Source of the DNA: an archaeon GW2011_AR18
GTDB lineage: Archaea; Nanobdellota; Nanobdellia; SCGC-AAA011-G17; GW2011-AR18
Direction of reading: 5' to 3'
NCBI GenBank assembly: GCA_000806155.1
Contig: JWKX01000007.1
Coordinates: 5,097 to 69,096, forward strand
DNA length: 64,000 bases
Below are positions 45,900 through 56,716 of this stretch, piece by piece (positions within the stretch are counted from its first letter, which is position 1; each line of letters begins with the position of its first letter). The translations under genes and the position numbers were made by a program. The notes under the pieces were generated by a model that saw only the letters and a list, made by a program, of their open reading frames with translations, did no database searches and had not been told where the DNA came from.

Positions 45900-47687
45900 A
45901 TGATAGACTTTAATAGAAATAACCTTGATAAATCACACTCTCATTATCTTCAACAGCATAAGGATAATCCTATTCACTGGCAGGAATATTCTGATGAAGT
46001 AATACAATATGCTAAATCTACTAATAAGCCTATTTTCATATCTGTTGGTTATTCTGCCTGTCATTGGTGTCATGTCATGGCTTCTGAGGCTTTCTCAGAT
46101 GATATTATTGCAGATTTTCTTAACAAGAATTTTATATGTATTAAAGTTGATAAGGAATTAAGACCTGATATTGATAATTATCTTATGTCTTATATCTCTA
46201 AAACTCAGGGTCATGGTGGTTGGCCTCTGAATGTAATTCTTACTCCGGATATTAATCCATTTATTGCTTTTACTTATCTTCCTATTAATGAAAAAAATGG
46301 TCTTCCCCCTCTGATTGATGTCCTTAACTTCTCTCTTGATATTTTTACTAATAATAAAAGTTCTATAAAAGATTATAATATTGATAATATGGTTTCAGAA
46401 TCTGTTGAAGAATCTAAAGTTATTGATATGATTTCATCATCTTTTGATGAGTTTGCTGGAGGTTTTGGAATTGAACCTAAGTTCCCACCTCATAATACTC
46501 TTTTATTCTTATTGAGTTATTATGAAAAATCTAAGGATGATAAGATTAAGGCTATGATAGAAAAAACTTTGGATATGATAATATTAAGGGGTTTGCACGA
46601 TCACCTTCAGGGTGGTTTTTTCAGGTATTGTGTTGATCCATCATGGTCTATTCCACATTTTGAGAAGATGCTGTATGATCAGGCTATGTTGTTATGGGTT
46701 TTCAGTTCATCTTATAGGTTATTCAACAAAGATGAATACAAGATTGTTGCAGATAATATTGTTAAGTGTCTTGATGGATCATTTTTAGATGATGGAATGT
46801 ACTATTCTGCTATTGATGCTGATACTGATAATCATGAAGGTCTTACTTATTTATGGTCTGTTGATGAATTAAAAAAAGTTTTATCTGTTGATGAATTTAT
46901 TAAATTTTCAGAAGTTTATGAATTAAACAATAATTTTGATGATAAGATTCATTTGATTAAAAAAGAAAACAAGTTTTTGCCTGATATTGAAAATAAATTA
47001 TTAAAATATCGTAATTCTAGATCTCAGCCTTTCACAGATAAGAAGTTTATTACATCATGGAACTCTCTTGTTGGTATAGGGTTGTTGATGCATTATAGGT
47101 TTACAGGCAATAATGATTCTAAGGATAAGGCTTTTAGTTTATTCAATGCTTTGTTAAGTAAACATTATGTTAATGGTAAATTATCTCACAGTTCTTTGAA
47201 TGATGAAGAATTTTTAGAGGATTATTCTGCGTTATTATTATTCTCTACTTTTATCTATGAAGACTCTAATAATTATAAAGAATTGATTTCTGAACTTCTC
47301 TCTAAAGTTAATTCTTTCAATAAAGATAATATATGGTACGAGAATTTAAATTCTGATTTTATTTCTGTTAATGCAAATAATTTTGATCATCCTTATCCAT
47401 CATCAGTTTCTTTGGCTGAACTTGCTGTTTTAAGGTCTAAAATAATATTAAATATTGAATATCTTCCTAATGAGTATTCTCTTCCTATTAATCATGACTT
47501 CTTGAACTTATTTGCTTTTATGAGTAATGGTAATTATCATTTAATTCATACAAAAACCTCTATTTCATGGAGTGATCTTCCTCTTAATTCTATGATTATA
47601 TATTCAGATAAGTTCAAGGATTGTTTCAATAATTCATGCAGAGAATTTATCAATATTGAAGAGTTAATAAAAAATATAAAAGATTAG
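45900..47687 (+). CDS. Thioredoxin-domain protein, YyaL/SSP411 family
   Basis: YLQQHKDNPIHW, GYSACHWCHVM, GGWPL and PHFEKMLYDQA. Confidence 0.92.
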   Translation: MIDFNRNNLDKSHSHYLQQHKDNPIHWQEYSDEVIQYAKSTNKPIFISVGYSACHWCHVMASEAFSDDIIADFLNKNFICIKVDKELRPDIDNYLMSYISKTQGHGGWPLNVILTPDINPFIAFTYLPINEKNGLPPLIDVLNFSLDIFTNNKSSIKDYNIDNMVSESVEESKVIDMISSSFDEFAGGFGIEPKFPPHNTLLFLLSYYEKSKDDKIKAMIEKTLDMIILRGLHDHLQGGFFRYCVDPSWSIPHFEKMLYDQAMLLWVFSSSYRLFNKDEYKIVADNIVKCLDGSFLDDGMYYSAIDADTDNHEGLTYLWSVDELKKVLSVDEFIKFSEVYELNNNFDDKIHLIKKENKFLPDIENKLLKYRNSRSQPFTDKKFITSWNSLVGIGLLMHYRFTGNNDSKDKAFSLFNALLSKHYVNGKLSHSSLNDEEFLEDYSALLLFSTFIYEDSNNYKELISELLSKVNSFNKDNIWYENLNSDFISVNANNFDHPYPSSVSLAELAVLRSKIILNIEYLPNEYSLPINHDFLNLFAFMSNGNYHLIHTKTSISWSDLPLNSMIIYSDKFKDCFNNSCREFINIEELIKNIKD

Positions 47688-48154
47688 TCTCCAGCAATTA
47701 TTTTCCAGTTTCCACTCTCTTTTCTGTATACTCCTACAAACCCGTCGCTTACTACTGCTCCAGCTTTATTAGGGTAGTATGCAAATATATCTCCTTGTTT
47801 TAATTCAAAGCTTCCCTTTCCAAAATCTTTATGCTTTGTATTCATTAGTTCATTATATGTATATATCTCTTTTTTACTTAAGTCAAATAAATCTTCTGCT
47901 TTTTTTCCATTTAATGCTGCTTGGTATACATCTGAATTAAACAGATTTGTGAAATATTCTTCATTCATTGATTTTTTAGCTCCATCACCTATATCTATAT
48001 AATTTTCTGAAAATGCTGATGCTGCTTTTTTTGAATCTCCTTCAAGTATTGCTTTTATTGTCTCTGCATGTAATGTTTCTATCTGTTTTTTCTCTGAAAC
48101 ACATGCTGTTAATAGTATTGTTAATACTAACATTAGAACTAATATTTTTTTCAT
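47684..48154 (-). CDS. Lipoprotein, NTF2-like
   Basis: LLTAC lipobox; C-terminal GNWKI. Confidence 0.6.
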   Translation of the reverse strand: MKKILVLMLVLTILLTACVSEKKQIETLHAETIKAILEGDSKKAASAFSENYIDIGDGAKKSMNEEYFTNLFNSDVYQAALNGKKAEDLFDLSKKEIYTYNELMNTKHKDFGKGSFELKQGDIFAYYPNKAGAVVSDGFVGVYRKESGNWKIIAGD

Positions 48155-48178
48155 CTCTTTTCACCTCTCTCTTAATTT

Positions 48179-48517
48179 TTAATAACTATTATAATCGCAA
48201 ATATCAATACTTCTACCTTTTGGAGTAACATATTCTATTTCAGGAGCATTTTGTTCTCTAAATTCACGTCTTAATTCAAAGTAAATTTTTGTTTCTGCAC
48301 TATTATGGTCTAGACTCAATGGAAAACCATTTATTCTTTCTGGCGTGACTAATCCATCATAAGGGTGTATTGTATACGTTGCACTATACCCGTGTTGGTC
48401 TTCTAGTATTAAATCACCAAGATCATTTATTCTAGCTTTCCAACCAGAATCTAAATTTCTAGACTCTCCTAATTTTGATCTTCTTATAATCATTGTATTC
48501 ACTTTTAAGTTGTCCAT
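48179..48517 (-). CDS. Hypothetical protein
   Basis: ATG ORF. Confidence 0.55.
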   Translation of the reverse strand: MDNLKVNTMIIRRSKLGESRNLDSGWKARINDLGDLILEDQHGYSATYTIHPYDGLVTPERINGFPLSLDHNSAETKIYFELRREFREQNAPEIEYVTPKGRSIDICDYNSY

Positions 48518-48580
48518 GTAAACTTTTTTAAACCTTACTATATTGATTTATACCTTTCTTATATATTTTACTGAGAATTA

Positions 48581-49370
48581 TCACATATTTTCTAGTCTTT
48601 TGATACGTTCCTCTATTGGAGGGTGTGTTTGGAATAACCCTTTTAACCATGCTTTCCTGTTCCTTAGAGGGTTTTCTATCCATAACGATGCTGTTGCCTT
48701 ATTTGCTGCCTCTACTAATGGTTCTTTGTCATCTCTTATTTTCTTTAAAGCGCTTGCTAATCCTTCTGGATACCTTGTTAATAATGCCCCGTTTGCATCT
48801 GCTAGATACTCTCTTTTTCTTGATATTGCTAATTTCATCAGTTCTCCGATTATTGGTGTTAGTATTGCAAGTGCTAAAGCAACTATAATTAACGCTGGAT
48901 GCACCCTATTTTCTCTGTCCTTATTTCCAAATATAAATGATCTTAGCATGAAATCGCTTAATAATACTAATACTCCTACTAATATTGTTGTCAGCATCAT
49001 TACTCTTACATCATAATTTTTTATATGGCTTAATTCATGTCCTATTACACCTTCTAGTTCTTGACGATTTAATTTTTCTAATGCTCCTGTTGTTACTGTT
49101 ACTGATGCATGTTTGTAATCTCTTCCTGTTGCGAATGCATTTATTGCTGTATCATTTATTACATATACTTTTGGCATTGATATCCCTGCTGCTATGCTTA
49201 GTCCTTCTACTGTATGCCATAGATGTGCATGGTCCAGATACTGCTCCTATTGTGAAGATTCCTATTAAATAACCGAAGAATATTATCATTCCTATTACTA
49301 AGAATATTATAAGATTGGATTTCCATTTGTTCGCTGTTATGTGATCATGGAAACTTATTCTTTCTGCCAT
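48581..49370 (-). pseudogene. htpX: HtpX (M48 protease) with an internal deletion and frameshift near 49232
   Basis: The N-terminal frame ...FTIGAVSG jumps to DHAHLWHTVEGLSIAAGISMPKVY; NAFATG, HELSH, REYLAD and THPP are intact downstream. Confidence 0.75.
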
Positions 49371-49460
49371 GTATTTATATTAGTTTTTTGGTTTAAAAAG
49401 ATTATGTATTAGTATTTTTTGTAGAATAAATTTAAATATAAACAAATTACTAATATTAAT

Positions 49461-49970
49461 ATGTCTATAACTATAAGAAAAGCAAAAAAAGGTGATGAAA
49501 TAGGAATGTCTAAAGTTTGGAGAGATGGATTTAAAAGAAAAACATTCATTTATACAGGCTCAACTAGGTTTTCAAATAATAGAATGAAGAAATTAGGAAA
49601 AACATTATCCTCTAAAAATCCCGATAGTATATACTTTGTAGCTGTTGATAAATTAAAACAAAAAATTGTAGCTCATATTGGCTATCATTTTAAAAAATCT
49701 GGAAGAGATAGGCACGTAATTGATTTAGGATGGATAGTTCACCCAGATTATGAGGGTCAAGGAATTGGTTCTAAAATGCTTAAATCTATATTAGAGGATG
49801 CTAAGAAAAGAGGGTTCAAAAGAGCAGAAGCTGAGATGGCAATAAAAAATATTGGTTCATGGAAAATTGCATTAAAGAATGGTTTTAAAATTGAAGGTAT
49901 TAAGAAAAAAGCATTATTAACTGATGACGGGGAATATATTGATACTTATATTGTTGGTAAAATCCTTTAG
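49461..49970 (+). CDS. GNAT acetyltransferase
   Basis: VHPDYEGQGIGS and N...GFKIEG. Confidence 0.88.
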   Translation: MSITIRKAKKGDEIGMSKVWRDGFKRKTFIYTGSTRFSNNRMKKLGKTLSSKNPDSIYFVAVDKLKQKIVAHIGYHFKKSGRDRHVIDLGWIVHPDYEGQGIGSKMLKSILEDAKKRGFKRAEAEMAIKNIGSWKIALKNGFKIEGIKKKALLTDDGEYIDTYIVGKIL

Positions 49971-50527
49971 AATTTAACTTTTACAGGTGCTCTCTCTGAT
50001 TCTGCTGTCTCGAAGAATTCTTTTGCTATGAATCCTAGCATCTTTCCTATTAGGTTTGTTGGGAATGCCTGTAATTTTGTATTGAATGTCTCAACTGTAT
50101 CATTGTAGTATTGTCTTGAATATGCTATTTTATTCTCTGTTCCTGTCAGTTCTTCCTGTAACTGCATAAAGTTTGTATTAGCCTCTAGTTTTGGATAACT
50201 CTCTGCTACTGCGAATATTGTTTTTAATGCGTCAGTCAGCATATTGTCTGCTTTTGCTTTTCCTACTGGTCCTTGTGCTTTTAAAAATTCTGTTCTTGCT
50301 GCTGTTACCTCTTTTAATGTATCCTTCTCATGCTTCATATATCCTTTTACTGTCTCTATTAAATTTGGTATTAAATCAAATCTTCTTTTTAATTGTATAT
50401 CTATCTGTGACCATGCATTTTCTGCTCTATTCCTTAAACTTACTAATCTATTGAATGAGAATATTAGCCATAACGCTATGACTGACGGTATAATTATCAA
50501 TGCCCATAATCCTGCGCCTAATGCCAT
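49967..50527 (-). CDS. lemA: LemA family protein
   Basis: QLKRRFDLIPNL, ESYPKL and ENKIAYSRQYYN. Confidence 0.95.
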   Translation of the reverse strand: MALGAGLWALIIIPSVIALWLIFSFNRLVSLRNRAENAWSQIDIQLKRRFDLIPNLIETVKGYMKHEKDTLKEVTAARTEFLKAQGPVGKAKADNMLTDALKTIFAVAESYPKLEANTNFMQLQEELTGTENKIAYSRQYYNDTVETFNTKLQAFPTNLIGKMLGFIAKEFFETAESERAPVKVKF

Positions 50528-50699
50528 AATTAATCTGTATTTTGTTTATTTATAAAACTTATGATACTCTAATTTAATGAATGAGCATGAAATAGTAAAC
50601 TTTACATTTATCATTTAGGATATAATTTAAAAACAATACCATTTCTAATATATACTCTTTAGACGTTATTCTTTAATAATTTGAGATTAATTTAATTGT

Positions 50700-50951
50700 A
50701 TGGAAAAAGAAACTAAAATAATTCAAAAAACAGATCATGGGGACTCAAAAGCTTGGCTTCCTTGGTTAATACTTGGTATTATTGTTGTATTGATTATAGG
50801 AGTTGTGCTAGGTATTGCAGCTAGGGATAAGGATAGTGGTCCTGCTGAAGAACTTGGCGAGAAAATCGATGATAAGATAGATGATATATCTAGTAGTAGT
50901 CCTGAAAAAAGTATAGATAGTTTTAGCCAGGCTTATTTTTCTATTTTTTGA
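50700..50951 (+). CDS. Small single-TM protein
   Basis: TM helix; GPAEELGEKIDD. Confidence 0.55.
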   Translation: MEKETKIIQKTDHGDSKAWLPWLILGIIVVLIIGVVLGIAARDKDSGPAEELGEKIDDKIDDISSSSPEKSIDSFSQAYFSIF

Positions 50952-51360
50952 AAGCTAGATTTACTTCCTCTTCCATTCCTTCTATATAATCATATTCTTT
51001 GAATTCTTCTGGCGTTACCCATTTGTATTCATCAAACTCTTTTGTTGGTATTGTTACATTCTCATGTTTTGATTTTACCTCAAAGCACATTCCTACAACG
51101 TTTTTTCCGTCTGGTCTTATGAATGTGAAATCTTTCAGGAATACTTTATGGTTTTCTTCTATATCTAATCCTGCTTCCTCTTTGACTTCTCTTTTTAATG
51201 TCTCCATTATATTCTCTCCGCGTTCTAGTTTTCCTCCTGGGAATGACCATTTTCCTGGAAATGCTATCTCGTTAGGACTTCTTTTTATTATTAAGAATTT
51301 ATTTCCTTCATTATTTTTTATAAAAGCAGTTATTGCAACAATATGGTGTTTATTGTCCAT
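50941..51360 (-). CDS. NUDIX hydrolase
   Basis: PGGKLERGE...REVKEEAG. Confidence 0.92.
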   Translation of the reverse strand: MDNKHHIVAITAFIKNNEGNKFLIIKRSPNEIAFPGKWSFPGGKLERGENIMETLKREVKEEAGLDIEENHKVFLKDFTFIRPDGKNVVGMCFEVKSKHENVTIPTKEFDEYKWVTPEEFKEYDYIEGMEEEVNLAFKK

Positions 51361-51361
51361 C

Positions 51362-51706
51362 TTATTTATTGTATGTTCTGGTATTTTTTGATAATATATC
51401 CCTAGCTTGCAATTTTCTATTTAGGGCGAGAATCCTTACTGCATATGGTCTTTTATCCATGCTTCTTAATTCTTCGACTTCTGATCGTGCAGTATTTAAA
51501 GAAGATTGACATTTTTTTAAATTTCCATCGTTGTAATGCTTATTGGCTAAAGCTAAGGAAGCTTCAATTCTACGAACTATATCCCTTTCATCATATGAAG
51601 TGTTTTCCTGTCTAGAACTATATTTTTTATTATTTACTTCTGATGTTGAAAGTCTAAAAGATAGAATTAAACCATTAATCCAATTTCTAAATCCACTTTT
51701 TGCCAC
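51362..51706 (-). CDS. Hypothetical protein
   Basis: ORF coupled to the NUDIX gene. Confidence 0.55.
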   Translation of the reverse strand: MAKSGFRNWINGLILSFRLSTSEVNNKKYSSRQENTSYDERDIVRRIEASLALANKHYNDGNLKKCQSSLNTARSEVEELRSMDKRPYAVRILALNRKLQARDILSKNTRTYNK

Positions 51707-51785
51707 TTATTTTTTTAAGAAATATACATATATAAGTTTTTCTATACTAAAAAAGAATATAAACTTCTCATTATCTTAATTCTTT

Positions 51786-53573
51786 ATGAAAAAATTTAAT
51801 ATTTTAATGTTTTGTTTATTTTTTTCATTATTCGCATTTAGTGTTTCAGCTAAAGATTATTATTGGGAGAATATCTCTACTCACCTATACATTAACGAAG
51901 ATGGTTCTGTTAATGTTATTGAATCTCAGTCTTTTGTTTTTAATGATAAATTCACTTTTGCTTACAGATATTTTCACTTTGATAAGATAAGTTCTTTGTC
52001 AGATATAAGAGTTTACGAGAATAATAATGAGATTATGAATAAAGAAATATCTGATAAGAATAATATGCGTTATGTTAAATGGTTTTTTAATGCTGATAAT
52101 GAAAAAAGAACTTTTGTTCTTAACTATAATGTTAACGGTTTAGTTGAACATGGATTATTAAAAGATAGGATATTCTGGACTGCTGTTTTTAAAGATCATG
52201 AGAAATCTGTTAATTCAGCTCAGTTATTTGTTCATTTTCCTAAAGATATTGATATTAATGATTTAAGTTATAGGACTTTTCCTAGTTCTGATTTTAAGGT
52301 TATAGGTTCAAGGACTATTCTATTTTCATTAAATAATAATCTTAAACCTTACTCTCCTTATGATGTTGAATTTAAATTTCCTAGAGGAATTGTTCCTTTC
52401 TCAAATATTGATCTTTTAGTTATTTTCATGCAATGTTTGATAATTATTCTAATTATAATTATGCCTCTTTCTATTTTTTTTAAATACAGGAAAGAACATG
52501 AATTATATGGTAAAGATCCTGACGTCTCTTCTAAAAATGTAAATTCTTACAGATTAACAAATCTTAAACCTGCTATTGCTGGTGTTGTTATTGATGATTC
52601 TGTTTCTATTCGTGAGATTATTGCAACTATAATCGATCTTGCTCAGAGAGGTTATATTCATATTATTGAAGAAAAGAAAGGTTTTGTTTTCAAATCTAAA
52701 GAATTCAGGTTATTAAAAACTAGAAATAATTATTCATTATTATTAGATTATGAGAAAAAATTAATGGAATCTATTTTTGAATCTAAAGATAAAATACTTT
52801 TATCAGATCTTAAATATAAATTTTACAAGAAAGTTCCAGAAATTCAGGATATGATATATGATGAAGCTATGAAACAGAAACTTTTTGAAGAAAATCCTAA
52901 AGCAGCTAAAAATAAGACAATGCTTAAAGGTGTTATTTTCTTGATTCTAGGTTTTGTTTTTTTATCAACTACTATAATTAGTAATATATTTTTTGTAATA
53001 TTTGGTTTAATTCATTCTGTTATTTATCTATTAATTTTATTTTCTAAGATTAAGCATAAATCTTTTAAATTTAGTTCTGCATTTACTAAAGAGAATTTAT
53101 TTATCTTATTTTTAGTTATTTTGTTAGTTATATCTTCTTTCTTCTCTAATATTAAGACTCTTGCTATACTGAGTTTTATTTCATCTATTATCTCAGGTGT
53201 TATTATAATAATCTTCAGTCAGTTAATGGCTAAGACTACTCTTGTTGGTTCTTTGAATAAAAAGAAATATTCTGAATTAAGTAATTGGCTTAAGACTTAT
53301 CAATTAAAAGAAGAACGTATTTTTAATGAATTCCTGCCGTATACTGTTGTTTTTGGTATTCAATCTTACTGGATTAAAAAATTCAATTCTTTGAACATTT
53401 CTAAAAATGATGGTTCTTCATCTTGGTATTCTGGTGGAACTTTTAATGCTTCAGCTTTTAACTCTCTTTATACATCAATGAGCACTTCAATGTCATCTCC
53501 TTCTAATTCAGGTTCTGGTGGTGGATTTGGTGGTGGCGGCGGAGGTGGAGGAGGAGGCGGTGGTGCTGGTTAG
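51786..53573 (+). CDS. DUF2207 family membrane protein
   Basis: INEDGSVNVIE, ATIIDLAQRGY, LPY.VVFG and a Gly-rich tail. Confidence 0.88.
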   Translation: MKKFNILMFCLFFSLFAFSVSAKDYYWENISTHLYINEDGSVNVIESQSFVFNDKFTFAYRYFHFDKISSLSDIRVYENNNEIMNKEISDKNNMRYVKWFFNADNEKRTFVLNYNVNGLVEHGLLKDRIFWTAVFKDHEKSVNSAQLFVHFPKDIDINDLSYRTFPSSDFKVIGSRTILFSLNNNLKPYSPYDVEFKFPRGIVPFSNIDLLVIFMQCLIIILIIIMPLSIFFKYRKEHELYGKDPDVSSKNVNSYRLTNLKPAIAGVVIDDSVSIREIIATIIDLAQRGYIHIIEEKKGFVFKSKEFRLLKTRNNYSLLLDYEKKLMESIFESKDKILLSDLKYKFYKKVPEIQDMIYDEAMKQKLFEENPKAAKNKTMLKGVIFLILGFVFLSTTIISNIFFVIFGLIHSVIYLLILFSKIKHKSFKFSSAFTKENLFILFLVILLVISSFFSNIKTLAILSFISSIISGVIIIIFSQLMAKTTLVGSLNKKKYSELSNWLKTYQLKEERIFNEFLPYTVVFGIQSYWIKKFNSLNISKNDGSSSWYSGGTFNASAFNSLYTSMSTSMSSPSNSGSGGGFGGGGGGGGGGGGAG

Positions 53574-54067
53574 TCCTTTCCGTCGTCTATTTTTCCCCAG
53601 CTTAGCATAGAAATTATGTTTTGATTTACTAACTCTCCTGTTTCAGCATCTATTTTTATATTTATTAAATTAAATTTTTGTGTGACATAACTTATGTTCC
53701 ATTTTATTCCTTTATCATTCTGTAATATTATTATGACCTGTGTCTCTTTTTCTTCATGCTGTTTTAATATTATCTCGCATTTTCTTAATGCATCTTTTAT
53801 ATCAACTTTTAATTTTTCTAATTTTAATTCTTCTATTGTCTTTCCTTCCTCTTTGAATATTTTTGAATTCTCACTTACCTCTATTTTTTCTCCTACTACA
53901 TAGCTTGTTATTGTGTCTTTCTTCTCATCATAGAAGTCTATCTGCCAATCCGTATTCTCTAGTTTATCTACCTCGCTCATTAAAAAAAATCCGCATAAGT
54001 ATCCTTCTTTGTTGAATTCTCCTGATTTTATAAGTTTTTCATAATCTTCTCTTATTTTTGTATGCAT
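53570..54067 (-). CDS. Hypothetical protein, PepSY-like C-terminus
   Basis: WNISY...IKIDAETGE. Confidence 0.6.
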   Translation of the reverse strand: MHTKIREDYEKLIKSGEFNKEGYLCGFFLMSEVDKLENTDWQIDFYDEKKDTITSYVVGEKIEVSENSKIFKEEGKTIEELKLEKLKVDIKDALRKCEIILKQHEEKETQVIIILQNDKGIKWNISYVTQKFNLINIKIDAETGELVNQNIISMLSWGKIDDGKD

Positions 54068-54145
54068 ATCTTTATTTTTTATTTATAGTATTTAAGTTTT
54101 ATTGTAATCAGTTAGTTTTATATCTGAATTATATTTTATTGTTTT

Positions 54146-54901
54146 ATGAAAATATATTTTTTTGAGGAATTCCCTAATGATTCATCTTTATCTAAATTAT
54201 CTCTAGTAAAGTTTCCTACTAAGTTGATTATTGCTGATTATTCTATTGAGGGTTTTAATCTTTATGATAAAGAAATAAGATCTAAATATAAGAATGTTAA
54301 AGAATTGATTTGGTGGCCTTTGTTGAATATGGATGAAGGTTATTGGTTCTCTCCTTTCTCTAGACGTAGGGCTTTATTACGTACTTTTCATCATTTATTG
54401 AATAAAAATATTCCCATTATGTGGGATGCTGAGTTTCCTAAAAAAAGATTTTTGATGTTTTCGCAATTATTCAAGGTTATGAAAAATATTCAATTAATTA
54501 GGTCTTTTTTCAAGAAATATAAAGGTAAGATTTATACTGCTGAATATTTTATTGATGTCTCTGTTATGAAATTTTTATTCAAATTATTTGCTTTGCAGTT
54601 TAATCCTAAAGAGTTTAATAATAAGATAATTAAGATGATGTATACTTCTACTCTTGATTATCCTGAGTCTTTGTTAAGGTCTGAACTCAAAACTTTGAAA
54701 TATCATTATAAAGATAATGTCATGGTTGGTTTAGGATGTCTTGCTGTTGGTATTAATGGTAATGAGTCATTAATCTCTTCTAAACAGTTAGAACGCGATC
54801 TTAATCTTTGTAAAGAAATTGGAATTAAAGAAGTGGTTTTATTCAGGCTTGGTGGATTAAATAAGGATTACATTAAGGTCTTGAATAAATTTGTTAAATA
54901 A
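54146..54901 (+). CDS. Hypothetical protein (251 aa)
   Basis: Long ORF with host-like codon bias. Confidence 0.7.
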   Translation: MKIYFFEEFPNDSSLSKLSLVKFPTKLIIADYSIEGFNLYDKEIRSKYKNVKELIWWPLLNMDEGYWFSPFSRRRALLRTFHHLLNKNIPIMWDAEFPKKRFLMFSQLFKVMKNIQLIRSFFKKYKGKIYTAEYFIDVSVMKFLFKLFALQFNPKEFNNKIIKMMYTSTLDYPESLLRSELKTLKYHYKDNVMVGLGCLAVGINGNESLISSKQLERDLNLCKEIGIKEVVLFRLGGLNKDYIKVLNKFVK

Positions 54902-55541
54902 ATAATCTTACGAAGTCCATTACTTTTTTATTTTTATATAACTCAGATATGCTATCTACTGCATGTTGTTTTAATGTTTCATCTATTGTTAGTTGATATG
55001 TTGTGTTAATGAATTTGATTATATCTCTTGCTTTTGCTTCGTTTATATTCTCTTCGTCAAATACTCCATCAAAGTCTATCCATAAAGCTTTATTTTTATC
55101 TTTTGTTAATATTACATTTTTTATTGTTGCATCTCCTAATATTATATCTCTTGAATGTATCTCTCTTATTCCTAGGGCTGCAAGTTCTATTGCTGATTTT
55201 TTGTCATTATATCTTTTTAATTTTCTAAAATCTTCTCCATCAATGTACTCTCTGCATTCTACTGCTGTATTTGGATCATAATCTATTAGTTTTGGTGCGT
55301 ATTTTCCGTTTAATATTTTAAGTTTTCTTGCTTCTTCATTCATTCCCTCTTTGCTGCTTGATAATATTCTGTTTCCGTTATCATCTCTTAAATAATAATA
55401 TAAGTAGGTTAAGTCTCCGCTTATTCTTGGCCTTTTTATAATAAACCTCTCTCCTTTGTACATTACTGGAAATACAATATTAGAAGCTCTGTAGTTTGGC
55501 CCTATTCTGTAATTTTCAGGGTTTCTTAATACTTCATTCAT
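54894..55541 (-). CDS. Protein-kinase-like fold protein (Bud32/Kdo/RIO-like)
   Basis: IIKRP, REYIDG, H...GDATIKN and IDFD. Confidence 0.7.
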   Translation of the reverse strand: MNEVLRNPENYRIGPNYRASNIVFPVMYKGERFIIKRPRISGDLTYLYYYLRDDNGNRILSSSKEGMNEEARKLKILNGKYAPKLIDYDPNTAVECREYIDGEDFRKLKRYNDKKSAIELAALGIREIHSRDIILGDATIKNVILTKDKNKALWIDFDGVFDEENINEAKARDIIKFINTTYQLTIDETLKQHAVDSISELYKNKKVMDFVRLFI

Positions 55542-55572
55542 ATAACATTCATAGAAATAACTTCTTTATAAA

Positions 55573-56682
55573 TCATAGTCTCTCTTTTGCAAATTCTTTT
55601 ATTCTTTCTAATAAGCTTTTTTTCTCTTCTGTTTTTTTTAATTCTTCAAATAATTTTTTATGTTCTTTGCTTAGTTTTTTTGGTATTATTACATCTGCTA
55701 TCACAAATATATCCCCTCTTCCATATCCATCTAAGTATGGCACCCCTTTTCCTTTTAACCTGAAATTAGTTCCTGATTGTGTTCCTTCTGGTATTTTGAT
55801 ACTTACTTCTTTGTCTAATGTAGGAATTTTTATCTCATCTCCTAATACTGCTTGGCTTATTGTTATTGGAACTTCTAATATTAGATCATATTCTTTTCTT
55901 TTGAATATCTCGCTTGGTTTTACTCTCATTACTACATACAGATCTCCAGGTGTACTTGAACGAACTCCTGCCTCTCCCTCTCTGCTTACCCTTAATTGTG
56001 ATCCATTATCTACCCCTGCTGGTATATTGATCTTTATTGTTCTCTGTTGTTTTGTTCTTCCTGTTCCTTTGCATTGCTTGCATGGATCACTCACTGTTTT
56101 TCCCTCTCCATGACATGTTGTGCATGCTGTTACTTGTGCAAATGTTCCAAATGGTGTTCTTTTTGCTATTCTTACCTGTCCTGCTCCTTTGCAAGTATCA
56201 CAAGTTTCATAATCTCCGCTTTCACTTCCTGTTCCTTCGCAGTTTTCACACTCTGTTAATTTTTCTACATGTATCTCTTTCTGTGTTCCTAATACTGCCT
56301 CTTCAAAATTTAGATACATATCATAGCGTAAATCATTTCCTTTTTTTTGTCTTCTTCCACTTCTTCCTCCGAAGAACATCTCAAATGGATCTCCTCCAAA
56401 TACATCTCCAAATATATCATTTACATCAAATCCTCTGAATATATCATCTTGTGAATATCTCTGTTGGAATCCTCCCTCTCCGTATTGGTCATATTGTGTT
56501 TTCTTTGTATCATCTGATAATACTGCGTATGCTTCAGAAATCTTCTTGAATTTTTCAGATGCTCCCTCTTCCTTGCTTACATCTGGGTGATACTTTTTAG
56601 CTAATGTTTTGTAAGCTTTTTTTATTTCCTCTTTTGAAGAACTCTTGCTTACTCCTAGTAAACTATAGTAATCTTCTGCCAT
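55573..56682 (-). CDS. dnaJ: Chaperone DnaJ
   Basis: HPD J-domain and four CxxCxGxG repeats. Confidence 0.97.
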   Translation of the reverse strand: MAEDYYSLLGVSKSSSKEEIKKAYKTLAKKYHPDVSKEEGASEKFKKISEAYAVLSDDTKKTQYDQYGEGGFQQRYSQDDIFRGFDVNDIFGDVFGGDPFEMFFGGRSGRRQKKGNDLRYDMYLNFEEAVLGTQKEIHVEKLTECENCEGTGSESGDYETCDTCKGAGQVRIAKRTPFGTFAQVTACTTCHGEGKTVSDPCKQCKGTGRTKQQRTIKINIPAGVDNGSQLRVSREGEAGVRSSTPGDLYVVMRVKPSEIFKRKEYDLILEVPITISQAVLGDEIKIPTLDKEVSIKIPEGTQSGTNFRLKGKGVPYLDGYGRGDIFVIADVIIPKKLSKEHKKLFEELKKTEEKKSLLERIKEFAKERL

Positions 56683-56716
56683 GATTATTAAAAAAATAAA
56701 AATTTATAATGAGGTT

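Noticed and set aside
49152-49370. mRNA BHB intron explaining the htpX frameshift
   Set aside because: Sequence is missing rather than inserted relative to HtpX, and no BHB is visible at the junction.
53514-53570. GC-rich GGN repeat tract
   Set aside because: It encodes the normal Gly-rich tail of DUF2207 proteins.
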